Part shown: in pieces, positions 12,129 through 23,600 of the stretch
Position numbering within the stretch: position 1 is the first letter of the stretch
Layout: every line of letters begins with the position of its first letter
From: Takakia lepidozioides
Lineage: Eukaryota > Plantae > Bryophyta
Reading direction: 5' to 3'
DNA length: 64,000 bases
Assembly (NCBI GenBank): GCA_030704615.1
Contig: CM060732.1
Span: 45,198,001-45,262,000, forward strand
Notes under the pieces: generated by a model
Seen by the model: the letters and a program-made list of their open reading frames with translations, nothing else
Told to the model about the DNA's origin: nothing
Databases searched by the model: none
Program-made: the position numbers and the translations under genes

Positions 12129-14746
12129 TCACCAGTAATCCCCACAAGAACAAACCCCATCTTCAAAGTGGTGAAAGCGGTTAGCGTCCCGCACCAGAAT
12201 TGCTCGGCCAACAATCTTTGAGATGAACTTGGTGGCAGTGTGGCAGTCACCACACACCCGAAGATTCTTGATGACACGGAGAGGCGTCCCTAGGGCCGTG
12301 TTGATCAGCCCAAAACCAATGGCCAGCTTCTCACTGTGGTGGCAAAGAGAAAATTCCTTTTGCTCCTCCCCCACATCATGCAATACAAAGCGCGTGTCAG
12401 GTACATACCCTGCCTCCCTCATCTGCCCAGACAATCTTCTCAGCTCAGCATGGATTTCCTCAATTTCAGGATGCAATTTGTCATCTACAACAAAGGTGTG
12501 CACCCCGTTGCCAACCTCAATGCAGCAGCGACCTGGCTCCTTTCTAACCCCTCTGACCTTCATCATTTTTCTCACCTTTGCAGTATCATCCCACCTGCCA
12601 GCTGCGGCATAGATGTTTGATAGCAACACGTAAGTCACAGCATCCTGTTCATCCCACTTGAGAATAGATGTTGCTGCACGTTCAGCCATCTCCACATTGC
12701 CATGGACTCTGGTTTGGATTGGCAAGGCCTTCCACACCACGCATCTGGTTTGATTGGCATTCTATTAATGAGGTCCTCTGCCTCATCCAATCGCCCCGCA
12801 CGTCCAAGAAGGTCCACCATGCAGCCAAAGTGCTTTACCGTCGGAGTGACACCATGATATTGACTGAGGGAATCAAAGTGGCGCATTCCTTCATCCAGTA
12901 GGCCAACGTGGCTGCATGCAGAAAGAACACTTGTAAAGGTGGTACTGTCCGGCTTCAAGCCTTCCTTTTGCATTCCTTCGAACAGTTGCAGGGCCTCCCT
13001 ATGACAACCATGCAGGGCATATCCTGCGATCATCGCATTCCAGGACACCACATTTCGTTTGGACATATTGTTGAACACTCCCTTTGCATCCTCAATGCTC
13101 CCGCATTTGGCATACATGTCCACCAGGGCAGTGTTCAGAATGACATCTGGTACAATTCCCGCTTTGATGATGTCACCATGGACCTCTTTGCCCTTCTCCA
13201 GGGCTGCCAGGCTCGCGCACGCATTGCAAATGCAAACAAATGTGACGCGGTCTGGCTTCACCCCTTCCCTCACCATGTGCTCGTAGGTCTCCAAAGCCTC
13301 CATCCCGCAGCCATGCTGGGCATATCCTGCAATCATTGCGTTCCAGGACACCACATTTCTTTCAGCCATAATGTTGAACACTCCCTTTGCATCCTCAATG
13401 CTGCTACATTTGGCATACATGTCCACCAGGGCAGTGTTCAGAATGACATCTGGTACATTTCCTGCTTTGATGATGTCACCATGGACCTCTTTCCCCTTTT
13501 CCAGGGCTGCCAGGCTTGCACATGCATTGCAAACGCAAACGAACGTGACCAGGTCTGGCTTCACCCCTTCCTGCATCATTTGCTCATAGGTCTCCAAAGC
13601 CTCCATCCCGCAGCCATGCTGGGCATATCCTGCGATCATCACATTCCAGGTCACCACATCTCGTTCGGCCATATTGTCAAACAGTCCCTTTGCATCCTCG
13701 ATGCTCCCAGCTTTGGCATACATGTCCACCAGGGTATTGTTCAGAATAACATCCGGTACAATTCCAGCTTTGATGATGTCACCATGGATTTCTTTGCCCT
13801 TCTCCAGGGCTGCCAGGCTTGCACATGCGTTGCAAACGCAAATGAACGTGACGTGGTCGGGCTTCACCCCTTCCCGCATCATTTGCTCATAAGTCTCCAA
13901 AGCCTCCATCCTGCACCCATGCTGAGCGTATCCTGCGATCATCGCGTTCCAGGACACCACATTTCGTTCAGCCATATTGTCGAACACTCCTGTTGCATCC
14001 TCAATGCTGCCGCATTTGGCATACATGTCCACCAGGGCAGTGTTCAGAATGACATCTGGTGCAATCCCCGCTTTGATGATGTCACCATGGACCTCTTTGC
14101 CCTTTTCCAGGGCTGCCAGGCTTGCACATGCATTGCAAACGCAAACGAAAGTGATGTGGTTGGGCTTCACACCTTCATCTATCATTTGCTCATATGCCTG
14201 CAAGGCATTCGTACCACACCCATGCTTGTTAAATCCTGTCATCATAATATTCCAAGTGACCAAACCGCGTTCAGGCATTTCAATGAACGCTTGGTGTGCG
14301 TCCACAATGCTCCCGCACTTAACGTACATGTTGACAAGGTTGTTGTGTAGAAAAACGTTTGGCTTTAATCCGTTTTCGATAATGTGAGAGTGCACCTGCT
14401 TTCCGGCTTCCAGGTGTTTCATCTTGATGCACTTCTGCAACAGACAGACATAAGTATCTGAATCTCCTGAAATGCCTCCTTGCTTTATAATCCGTAGAGC
14501 CTCTTTCAGCTGTCCTGCCTCACAGAGCATCCTCACATGCCCAGAGGTGCCAGAAGAGGTAATGTGGATTCCCTCCCTTTGTCCTCTTTTGGAAGCTGTG
14601 GTCATGGTGGAGGTGCCTGATTTTATCAACTGTGCCGCCGCTGCTGCTTCCAGTTGACCATCTACCCATGCAGGTTTCTTGTAGCTATCAATCCACAGGG
14701 CTTCATAGGTAACCTTGTGCTTGAAATCCGGCCCTGTCAGATGGAT
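12129..14746 (-). pseudogene. PLS-class PPR-E-DYW C-to-U editing factor (last exon of a PDF-PPR-DYW gene) with a frameshift near 12740
   Basis: P-L-S triplets, E1/E2, PG box (KEPGRCCIEV), HHSEKLA..CGDCH..SCGDYW* (12129). Frames 12635-14758 and 12129-12740 join only through a 1-nt frameshift at PDA/VVW. Confidence 0.9.
13020..14230 (-). repeat. About four near-identical 303-bp tandem P-L-S triplet repeats within the PPR array
   Basis: The same DNA block recurs at 303-nt spacing (e.g. shadow ORFs starting 13371, 13674, 13977). The protein unit VVSWNAMIAGYAQHG..VCNACASLAALEKGKEVHGDIIKAG..LVDMYAKCGSIEDA is repeated. Confidence 0.9.
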
Positions 14747-16396
14747 CTGCACCCACACTCCATCCCTGCTCCTTCAGCTATCCCTGTCTCGGCACCAATA
14801 AGGCATGGATCCTCCCCTTGCTGCTAGCAGCTGACAATGACAAACTAAAGGTTTTCTAGCCAACCCCCCAACCCTACTTATCACAGACTAGTTCCCATGC
14901 TGAATTACTCCCAAGACTTAAAAAAAGTGCTGGCGACACAGAGAGGATGACAATATCCAGGAAAGATTTGCGATGCATCTTGTCGTCTGCTTCTCTCTGT
15001 AATTTAACAGGCACTTACCTTTTTTCGTCGATTGTCCCACCATTGACTGGGGTCCAAGAAATATTCCTTCCAAAGCTTCTCCTCGTCTCTGTTTTCTGTT
15101 TTTGGATAATTGCCTGCTGTCACAGTAGTAGTAACATGTCAAATTCACTCCAATCCACCATAGATCCACCCACGAGCTAACTTGGAAATTTAGGAACTAC
15201 TTTGTTAAGAGGACAAAACAGGCCTGTTGAAGAAGAAGATGCCCTCACCACATAGTCCTTGACCTTGCTTCATGAAACCACCTAGCTTTTCTTTCACCCA
15301 AGGAGGATTCAACGAACCATCAACCCAAAGGACTTCTTGTTTGCGCTGCTTGTGTCTGTAGTCGGGTGATCGCGGATTGGTCTGTGAGAACCACCATAGT
15401 GTACCTGAATAGATTTACACACGGCCTCCTAAGACCAAGCTGACCCTCCCCAGTACCTTGTACCACCCGGAAAAAGAACAAGTCATGATACTGACACGAA
15501 GAGCCCACTTTGGCAGAACGGACAAAACTTCTTCACAAGGTATACTAAGAATGCCACACCTTGCCATTGCGGTTGTCCAACCATTGTGAAGGATCTATAA
15601 AAAACCCATGCCAGCGCTGCTCCATGCTCCACAGTAGACCTTTGTGCCCGAAACTCAGACAGCATCAACACCTTGACCGGTTCCTTTATGGAGGAGTGCA
15701 AGTAGCTTTCAACAACATTCATGCAAGTCACTGTGGCTCCATTGGACTCTAAACAACGAGGAACATACCAACACTTCCAAACTTACAAAGATGCTAAACA
15801 AGCTTGTGCAGGACAATGGTGCCCCTGTAGTCAAGTCACTGTGAGTCATACTCACTTTCATCTGCAAGCTTCAAAGGAGCTCCACCATCCACACCAGAAT
15901 CAGAAGCGTCCTCTGATATCTTTCCACCATTACCACAGTGTTCTTGATCGTGTGGCATGGCCATTAGTTTTTCTTTCACCAAAGCAGAATTGAACCAACC
16001 CTCCATCCATAAGCCCTCTTGAGTGCGCTGCTTATGTCTGTAGCCTGGGGATTTTGGAGTGGTCTGTGGAAACGATCAGGAAGCAGCTGAGCTCCACCCT
16101 CCCAAGTACCTTGCAAACTCCAGGGAAAGACCTAGTAAAACCTTCGTTCATTCCCTGCTTAGGAAGAACAACCTACGATATTGACAGTAAAAACAGATTT
16201 TGCAGAGCAACGCGAGATTCCAACTTCACTCAACAACTAGGGGCTACAATCCAGTCCACACAATGCTATCATGTCAGAGTCTTGTCAAACTCCATCAGAG
16301 TCCTTCACATCCTGCAAGAAGAAAGCTCACCTTGTCAACGCTGCAGTCCCACCATTGTGAAGGATTTTTAAGGAATTCCTGCCAGCGCTGTTCCAT
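14660..16396 (-). pseudogene. Three tandem OSB-type PDF (ssDNA-binding) motifs, each split by a phase-0 intron, spliced towards the PPR exon
   Basis: Motif 1: MEQRWQEFLKNPSQWWDCSVDK (16396-16331) + TTPKSPGYRHKQRTQEGLWMEGWFN (16063-15934). Motif 2: MEQRWHGFFIDPSQWLDNRNGK (15625-15560) + TNPRSPDYRHKQRKQEVLWVDGSLNPPWV (15381-15249). Motif 3: EEKLWKEYFLDPSQWWDNRRKK (15116-15019) + IHLTGPDFKHKVTYEALWIDSYKKPAWV (from 14746). The linker exon 15560-15748 is out of frame. Confidence 0.8.
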
Positions 16397-17577
16397 GCTC
16401 CAGCGTTGACCTACATACGAGATACACCAATTATCGGCCTTGCCTAACTATCCCTTGTGCTTTCTTGATTCTTTGCACAGAGTACTTTTGTTTCTGCTGA
16501 ATTGCTCCAAGGACAATTCCAAGACTGGATACTAGCGCATACAACACAGCGAACCCAAGAAGGAAACCACATAGTGTTTCGTGTTATCACCTAATTTGTT
16601 TGGCATCCCTGAAAATTGGCGAGGCGCCATAGCAACTACATGCAAGGGATTCCATCCTCCGCGCATGGCCAAGGGGGATGCCCCTGTCAGCTCCACACCC
16701 CAGCCCCTCAATCTGCTGCATGACGCGAGCCCTTCCGCATGACTGAGGCGAGTGGACAGGGCCTTGGGTTTGGAGTCGGTACGCGCAGTCAGGAGAACGC
16801 CAGAAGACGCTGCCATCTCCGCCAGTGAGTGAGAAAGAAGCAGAAAGATATTCTTTGGCCCGCCCACTTGCGCAAGAAACGATTGCAACACAGCAGGTGT
16901 GAGCTACAAATGAGGCTCGCTGTGACCCATCACCCACTACCTCGCCCATCACCCTACAGACCACCCCCATCACTCAGCTCACACAACATGTCGCTGCAGC
17001 GCAAGCGAGAAGGAGGCAGTGTGTACATGCTCAACAATCTCACTAAGATACTCTACTGTTCACAGCAGTGTAGAGTGTATACATCCATGAATCCTATCTC
17101 TCAATTGATCTTGTCTCTCGCATCCTTGAATTCCAGCTTGCATGACAATGGATGCGTTTAAGAATATAACCCATGTTAGGAACAGAAGATTAGTGTCTAT
17201 AAGACATTTGCTTGTGGACTAACTCTCGTCCCGATGGGACACAACTCCTTGGTAAGGGACAGGGTTGCCCGAACTAGGAGGGGCTGGTCTCAAATCCCCA
17301 CCCTTGTGGGATTTGCCAGGCGGTGGGGCCATGAGGGTGCCTCCCAGCGTCCGGGAAATAATTTCAGTTGAAGCAGCCAGTAGCCGCTCATTCCCAGCAG
17401 CAATCGGCTAAGTGGGTTGGGCAGTCGGTTGCTGCCCCTTAGTGGTAACTATACCCGGTCAATTTCCGAGATAATTTCTTTACAACCGGTAATATTCCTA
17501 ATGATTTATTTTGTGTTCAGCTATAAATCCGGCCCTTATAAATATCAACCGGTTGACAACAAAGTGTCAAATGCACA

Positions 17578-17608
17578 ACAATAAATAATAATAATAATAA
17601 TAAATAAT
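17578..17608 (+). repeat. (AAT)n microsatellite
   Basis: caataaataataataataataataaataatc. Confidence 0.8.
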
Positions 17609-18388
17609 CACAACCAGTTTTAAGCAATTCAAACAAGTGAAGAACATTGTATCCTTATAGAAGTTGGACCTGTCAATGCCTTCAAACCACATGGAGGCCA
17701 AGAATTGAACCCGCGTGGACAGGTGAGCTGTGATAGCAGGCAGCGAGTGCAAGCAGGCGTGGGGCTGGGGCTGCGAGAGCAACGTCCAGACTTAGTAGGG
17801 TTTGCCCGCGGGCCCGCCCTCTTTGAGTTCAATATTTTTTCACCTAAACGCCCTTCCTTGGATGTAACCCGGCCTGGCACGTTGGATTTCTGCCATGTGG
17901 TGGACTTCGACGGCCATTTCCATTTTTTAATATAAGAAGGGCCGGAATCCGTCCAGGCCTTGCCAACTAAGGCAGATTTCCTGTCTGTAATGAAATGGAA
18001 AGGCAAATATCCTTCCTAAAAGTAGGGCACCCGGTTGATTTCCGCTTCGGCCATTTTTTCCCTCGGATCCATTTCCTGAGGTTTCATATTTCATTCGGAA
18101 ATTCTGGAATTCAGTCGGCTAGCATGTAACTGGCTGCCTGTTCTCCCCGGACGTTGGTGCCTCCTTAGGCAAGGGGTGCTGGCCGGAACCAGGGGGGTGA
18201 TTAGTAGCCTCGAGCTGCCCCGCTCGGCTGATACACCTCCCCTCCAAGAAACAAAAAAAAACCCTTCCTTTTTTGGTTTCTCTCACAAATCCACTTCCAA
18301 CTTTCCCACACACACGTCATCAATTTGGAGCAGAGTACCTCCATGTTTTTGACGACATGTGCTCCCGAGTAGAAGCGCTTCCTCCACA

Positions 18389-18877
18389 GACTACTTCGAG
18401 CGGTTATCCATCCATTGAATCAAACTATGCCGCCTTCCTTTGGGCTGTCAGTTGTTAAATCTGTGCAGGAAGGAACAGATCGAGCACTTCCCTGCTTCTA
18501 AATTACAGAGTGATTCCTGACCCCTTCCATACACAGACCATAGCTCAAGGGTGCTAGCTTAGCAGGAAACTCCATATTTGACATGCCATCACAGCAGCAA
18601 CTTTTCAGACAACAGATCTGAAACTATGTTGGATATTAATCAAATTGACCCACAGATAAAAGTGATTTGTTGGGGCTTAAGGTGCACTAGGTTCAGACAA
18701 GCCGCTGAGCAAGGAAATGCACCCCAAATCTCTGCAATCTCTTCAGCTGACAATGCCACTGGGAGCACTTGGCTGAGCTGTTTGGGGTTGATGACCCTGA
18801 CATCAGTGGAGTTGTGGATAATGGAAGATATGGGTCGATGGCACTGAATGTGGAATTGACAAAGCCCAAGCTTGAGC
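18389..18877 (+). repeat. ~490-bp dispersed repeat, copy A (inverted relative to 27302-27795)
   Basis: Colinear similarity by eye, e.g. aattacagagtgattcctgaccccttccatacacaga and tctctgcaatctcttcagc are shared with the reverse complement of copy B. Confidence 0.85.
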
Positions 18878-20677
18878 TGAATTTGCATCTCCTGGATGTT
18901 CACCTGATGAGTCCCTGCAAATGTCAATGGAACTGGTCGAGTAACTGGTGCATCAAATGCTAAAGCGGCCAACGGTTGCAAAGATTGCACATCGGATTGG
19001 AGCACAAATGGCTCAGTCTGAACTGTCTCTGAAGCTGCTCATAGGGGAGCCTCAACTTCGAGCTTCAGTCCGGTGTGCATTGCTTTGTCTGTTTGAGACT
19101 GTGACTGAGCTTGTGATTCCGCAAGAAGTAACAACTGCTGCAAGTGAAATTCAGAAGCCCAGGAATTAGCCCAACTCAAATGCATGTCTTACACGACTGT
19201 TCCCTTTCCCATGTCCCTAACTGCAAGGACTACATTCAGCTCACAGTATGTACGTGTATATAGACATCGCAACGATCTACTCACATCTGGTTTTCAGGTC
19301 GATAATTTCGCTGTTTCATCTCCTTATATTCAAATATTCAACGGCGTCATGGCGTTGTGCAGATTTTAAGTAGGGACCAAGACTGACACAAAGGAACTAG
19401 ACAGGAGTAGATAGGAGTCCTACTGCAAATGGAGGTTCTATGTTCTATCCTACATTTACATGTGCAAGGCTGGCCTTCAGTTCAACAGTAATTTCCTGAT
19501 ATTGTCAGAACGTGATGAGCATGCCTTTCATTTGCTCTAGCATGAACCTGTTCTCCCAGGCTGGGTGCTTTCTCCGTGCGGGCAACTGGACTGATGCTAT
19601 GAGTGATCAGGTAAATGACTGATATAGTTCACTTTTTTTGTCCAACCATTCATACTTTGGGGTGGACTTGTTTCATGCCATGTCAACCGTACCTCAGACT
19701 GTGGTAGATGGCCACATTGATAAGCAATTGAGAAGAAAAGAAAAGACCTTCAAAGAATGTTACAATAAAACAGCAAACAACCAAAGAAACAAACGAAGAC
19801 AAGGAATTTCTCACAGTCAAGATTCATTACTAGGAAAAATCATCGATTTGTCATTCCTTGTGATCCCTACAGTTTCTATGGATGTGTGGTAGGGGACACC
19901 TTGTTTTGTCCAATTATGTGGAGACATCAATGGAAGCTTCCTTAGTTCCAAATGTTAATGACCATGTTTTGTTGAGAGGTGTTCAATGTCTTGCAGGCAC
20001 GGAAATAGTGTGGTGCAGACAAATAGCTATGAGAAACTTGGTTTCGGCCACCACAATCCATCGCTCACAATCGAAGCAAGAGAAAGTTGTTGTCACTTAC
20101 ATCTCTTGCATGTCAACTTCATGTTCACACTTCTTGGTCGAATGTGTATGCCATCGTGGGTGATGTACAGTATCACAAAGAAGAGTGAGAAGATAGGCTG
20201 ATTGCGGCGCTTGTCAATGTGAACTAGGCAATGCTACTAACGGCTGAGACAATTTCCGAATAAGTTGGGCTCAAATCCTCAATATATAACTAGAACTGAA
20301 ATTGTTAAACGTCGATGGGGCCTCAAAGCATAGTTAACAATAAACAAAGTTTGGTAAATATACCTGGAGGCAAACTGCAGGTGGGGCAGGGCCCTTACAG
20401 CGTACACAAGAACAAATTGAGTAATACAACACAACACACTGTAAGACTCAACTCTCCTGACCCCATTGACATTTTCAACCTCATTCTGGCTCAAACCTTC
20501 TTAGTTCTTTGTCTCGGACGTCATTGCACAGAGCCTTTCCTCGTCAGACAGCCACACTTATCAAAGACAGCTAACTTGTTGAACTATGTGGGACACAATA
20601 TGGCTGCTAAGTGAACATATGTGATGGCATTTAGGCGAGTGCTGATCACGTGGTCTATTGTGAGAACACAACATTAC

Positions 20678-23600
20678 TTAAGATTTCCGAAGAGTTTCGT
20701 GCACACGCAACCATTCCACCCCATTCGGAGTTCCTGCCTGCAATCAAATATCAACCCCAGTGGTAAGTAAACCTTCCAGCATATTTTTGAAGTAAAGGCT
20801 GCTCCATGCATTGACAGTAGATCACACATGACCCGCAACGATTCAGCTCTGACTATGAAACTAGATATGGTAGGAGCATGGGAAAAGTTTCAAATGACTG
20901 TACATGACTGTAGACAAAGTATTGGAACGTTCCAAAGAAATGAAAGTACATTAACCTTAAACCTTAAAGGATACGGTAGACTGCACAACTTTGGTCCTAA
21001 TGGCATCAAATTACCTTCTCACGGAAGATGGCCGTTGCAAAGTAGCCTTTTCGCTCGTCCCCTGCCAAGAAGATATCATCACTTCAGCCAATTTGATGTG
21101 ACTGTTCAAAACAACAATATCTACAGTAGAGCAACTAGTTGACTCCCAGAACTTTGCACTACTTGCCCGTCCACAGGTGACAAAAACCATGAGTAACAAT
21201 CCAACATACAGTCACGGTCCGAAAGCAACTCAGAAGCTGATCCTTTTACATGTGTATACAGATTGTTGCAGCATATCAAATTGGAACTTTCCATTTTCTC
21301 CCACATCGAGGAAGGACAGACATAGGCATTACCAGATGAGGTCTGCCAGGAGTGCCATGTGACAAGCAAAATGCCATCTGCAAGCTTCTGCTCTTGGATG
21401 CAGTCAATCCAGGTATGAAACTTCTTGTCCTTGGTTACTCCATGCTTTGATCGTGCAGAGCTGACTGATTCAATCAGACTTTGCTCCACTCCCCACGGAT
21501 ACACCATGGTTGCTCCACTGGCCTGTGAGACATGCCCCACACCCTCATTCACAATACCACCAGCTTAACCAGCAGAGCCTCGATACACTCATACATAAAT
21601 ATCCTATTACGGTAAATAGCAAGGGAGAAGCTAGAGAATTCACTGCCATGCAACTTGTCAATGTTATTGAATGTGTTAATAGAGAAATTAATTCAGAACG
21701 GCGCTCTGACTAATTAGAGAGCTAGGTCAGGCCATATAAAGGGCCACCTTCGACAATGCACTTAAGTTCAGAGCCATCCGTCATGTCTATGCAAATACTT
21801 GCATGGCATTGCTGTTCTCATAGTCAGGTCAAACATTAGGGCCATCAGATGGAGGGGCAAAAACTAGAACCGTACTTGTTGTGCATATACACAGCAATAG
21901 GCTTTTAATTGGTCTTAAGTAAGGGAAGAAGTGACGCACGGACTGAAAATAAGCTAGGAATAATTGAATGGGTTCCCTGAGACTACCCCAACACTTGCAC
22001 TTCAATACCTGAAAGATCCATACACTTTAATAGCATTCCATCACCAGCGTTATCTGAGGATACAAGATCAGAAGGAGCTTCTTGTTTAGATACAGAGTTG
22101 GCAAGGCTAACTGCGTTTTCACTAGGAGCTCTCTATTTGGATGTAACATTGGCAAGGCCCACTAAGTTTTTAACACCTGGCAAAATGGTAGCTACCCAAC
22201 CTCTGCCATCAAGTGACACCAAACTCCTTTCTATATCGTTCACAGAAGAAGCATAGCGGGTCCCATCCCTTCAACTCTACCTTGCATTTGCTTCATGCAC
22301 GATCTACTTTTCTTTCCCTTTCTGCCACCTACTCTTCCCTGTTTTGATGCTTTGTTGTTTTCGGTGCTCCTCATTGCAAACACAAGGATTGCATCCACCT
22401 TTGCACAGCTCTCTCATGCACCTGCTAGGAAAGAGAAGTGAATTTTGAATGAAGAAAATGCAAGATGGAGCAGAATGGATGGGGTCTCTGTGCTTCTCGT
22501 ATCAACTATTTAACAAAGTAGATTGGAGGGGGATCATGTATCCCTGCTCCCAGGGCTACAGAAAGAAGTCTCCCCAAAGCCAGTTCGGGGCCCACAAGGT
22601 TTTGTGATCCGTACCTCCTAAGGTACCTCACCAGAGTCTGGATCACCACCAGCTGCCAAGCATGGAAGTCCTGTTTCGAAACTTCCAGTTCCAATCAAAG
22701 CATATGGATCTGTAAAGAGATTGGTATGTATAGCCACTTTGGTAGTGCTCGCTTTTCTGAATGCTCCCAATATGATTTTAGGGCTGAAGCTACTCGGTCT
22801 AGATTTCTATAGCTTTGTCACTCCCGAATGGACATGCTTTGCCTACAAGGTCAGAGCATATACAACCGCCAAATGAGAGGATGATGGGACCCCCACCCTA
22901 ACTACATGTAGGACAAACACAAAATGAGGCACAAGAAATAGCAGACAATTTGATCTACGTGACAACATTCCCGTAGCTGAAGCAAAGTGTTCAAGTGTAC
23001 GAAAGGGATCCATGCGGGGCACAGATGTGGGGGATGCCCAAGCTAATGTTATGCCAGGCAGTCGGCCCTGCCAACATTGTATCCGAACAAAGAGCTCCTA
23101 ATAAAAATGCAGTGGGTCCTTCAATATCCAAACAGAGAGTTCCTAGTGAAATCGGAGTTAAGCCCTGCTAATTCTCTGTCTGAATGGAAAGTTACGTCCA
23201 AACCTGTATCCTCAGGTAATGCTAGTGTTGGGACTAGGCTAAAATGTAGCACAGTTTTTTGAGGTACAGAAAATACAGGTGTTGGTGCAGTCCTGGCAGT
23301 CAATCCATTGAATATCTCCCTGAAATTAGAGTTCAAACTTTGAGACCAAGTGGGAGAGAGGTCCACGTCTGCTTTGGCCAGATTCAAACAACAGTGGCAT
23401 TCAAAGTAGAGTGGACTTACAACAACATCTTTCAACCGCTGGAAGGTCCTGTCAGTATTGGGAACATCTCCATTCATCCACTTTTCAAACAATGTGTTGA
23501 ATTCAACCACCTCCCTCTGTGCAGCACCATGTAGTGTTGGCTTCCCCGTTGGCTTCAATGGTGAAGGCTCAACCCCATTTGGTCCCATTCTATCCAGAGG

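Noticed and set aside
12129-12330. Possible U-to-C (DYW:KP/GRP-type) editing domain
   Set aside because: HSEKLA, CxDCH and the DYW terminus are canonical C-to-U type.
12908-14387. 480-aa and several 72-136-aa repetitive ORFs on the + strand
   Set aside because: Antisense shadows of the repetitive PPR array.
17236-17470. tRNA-derived SINE-like stretch (weak A/B boxes, GGTCTCAAATCCC); similar hint near 7650-7735
   Set aside because: Boxes are degenerate and no TSD or tail could be defined.
17629-18313. GC-rich short ORFs
   Set aside because: No recognisable domain or element boundary.
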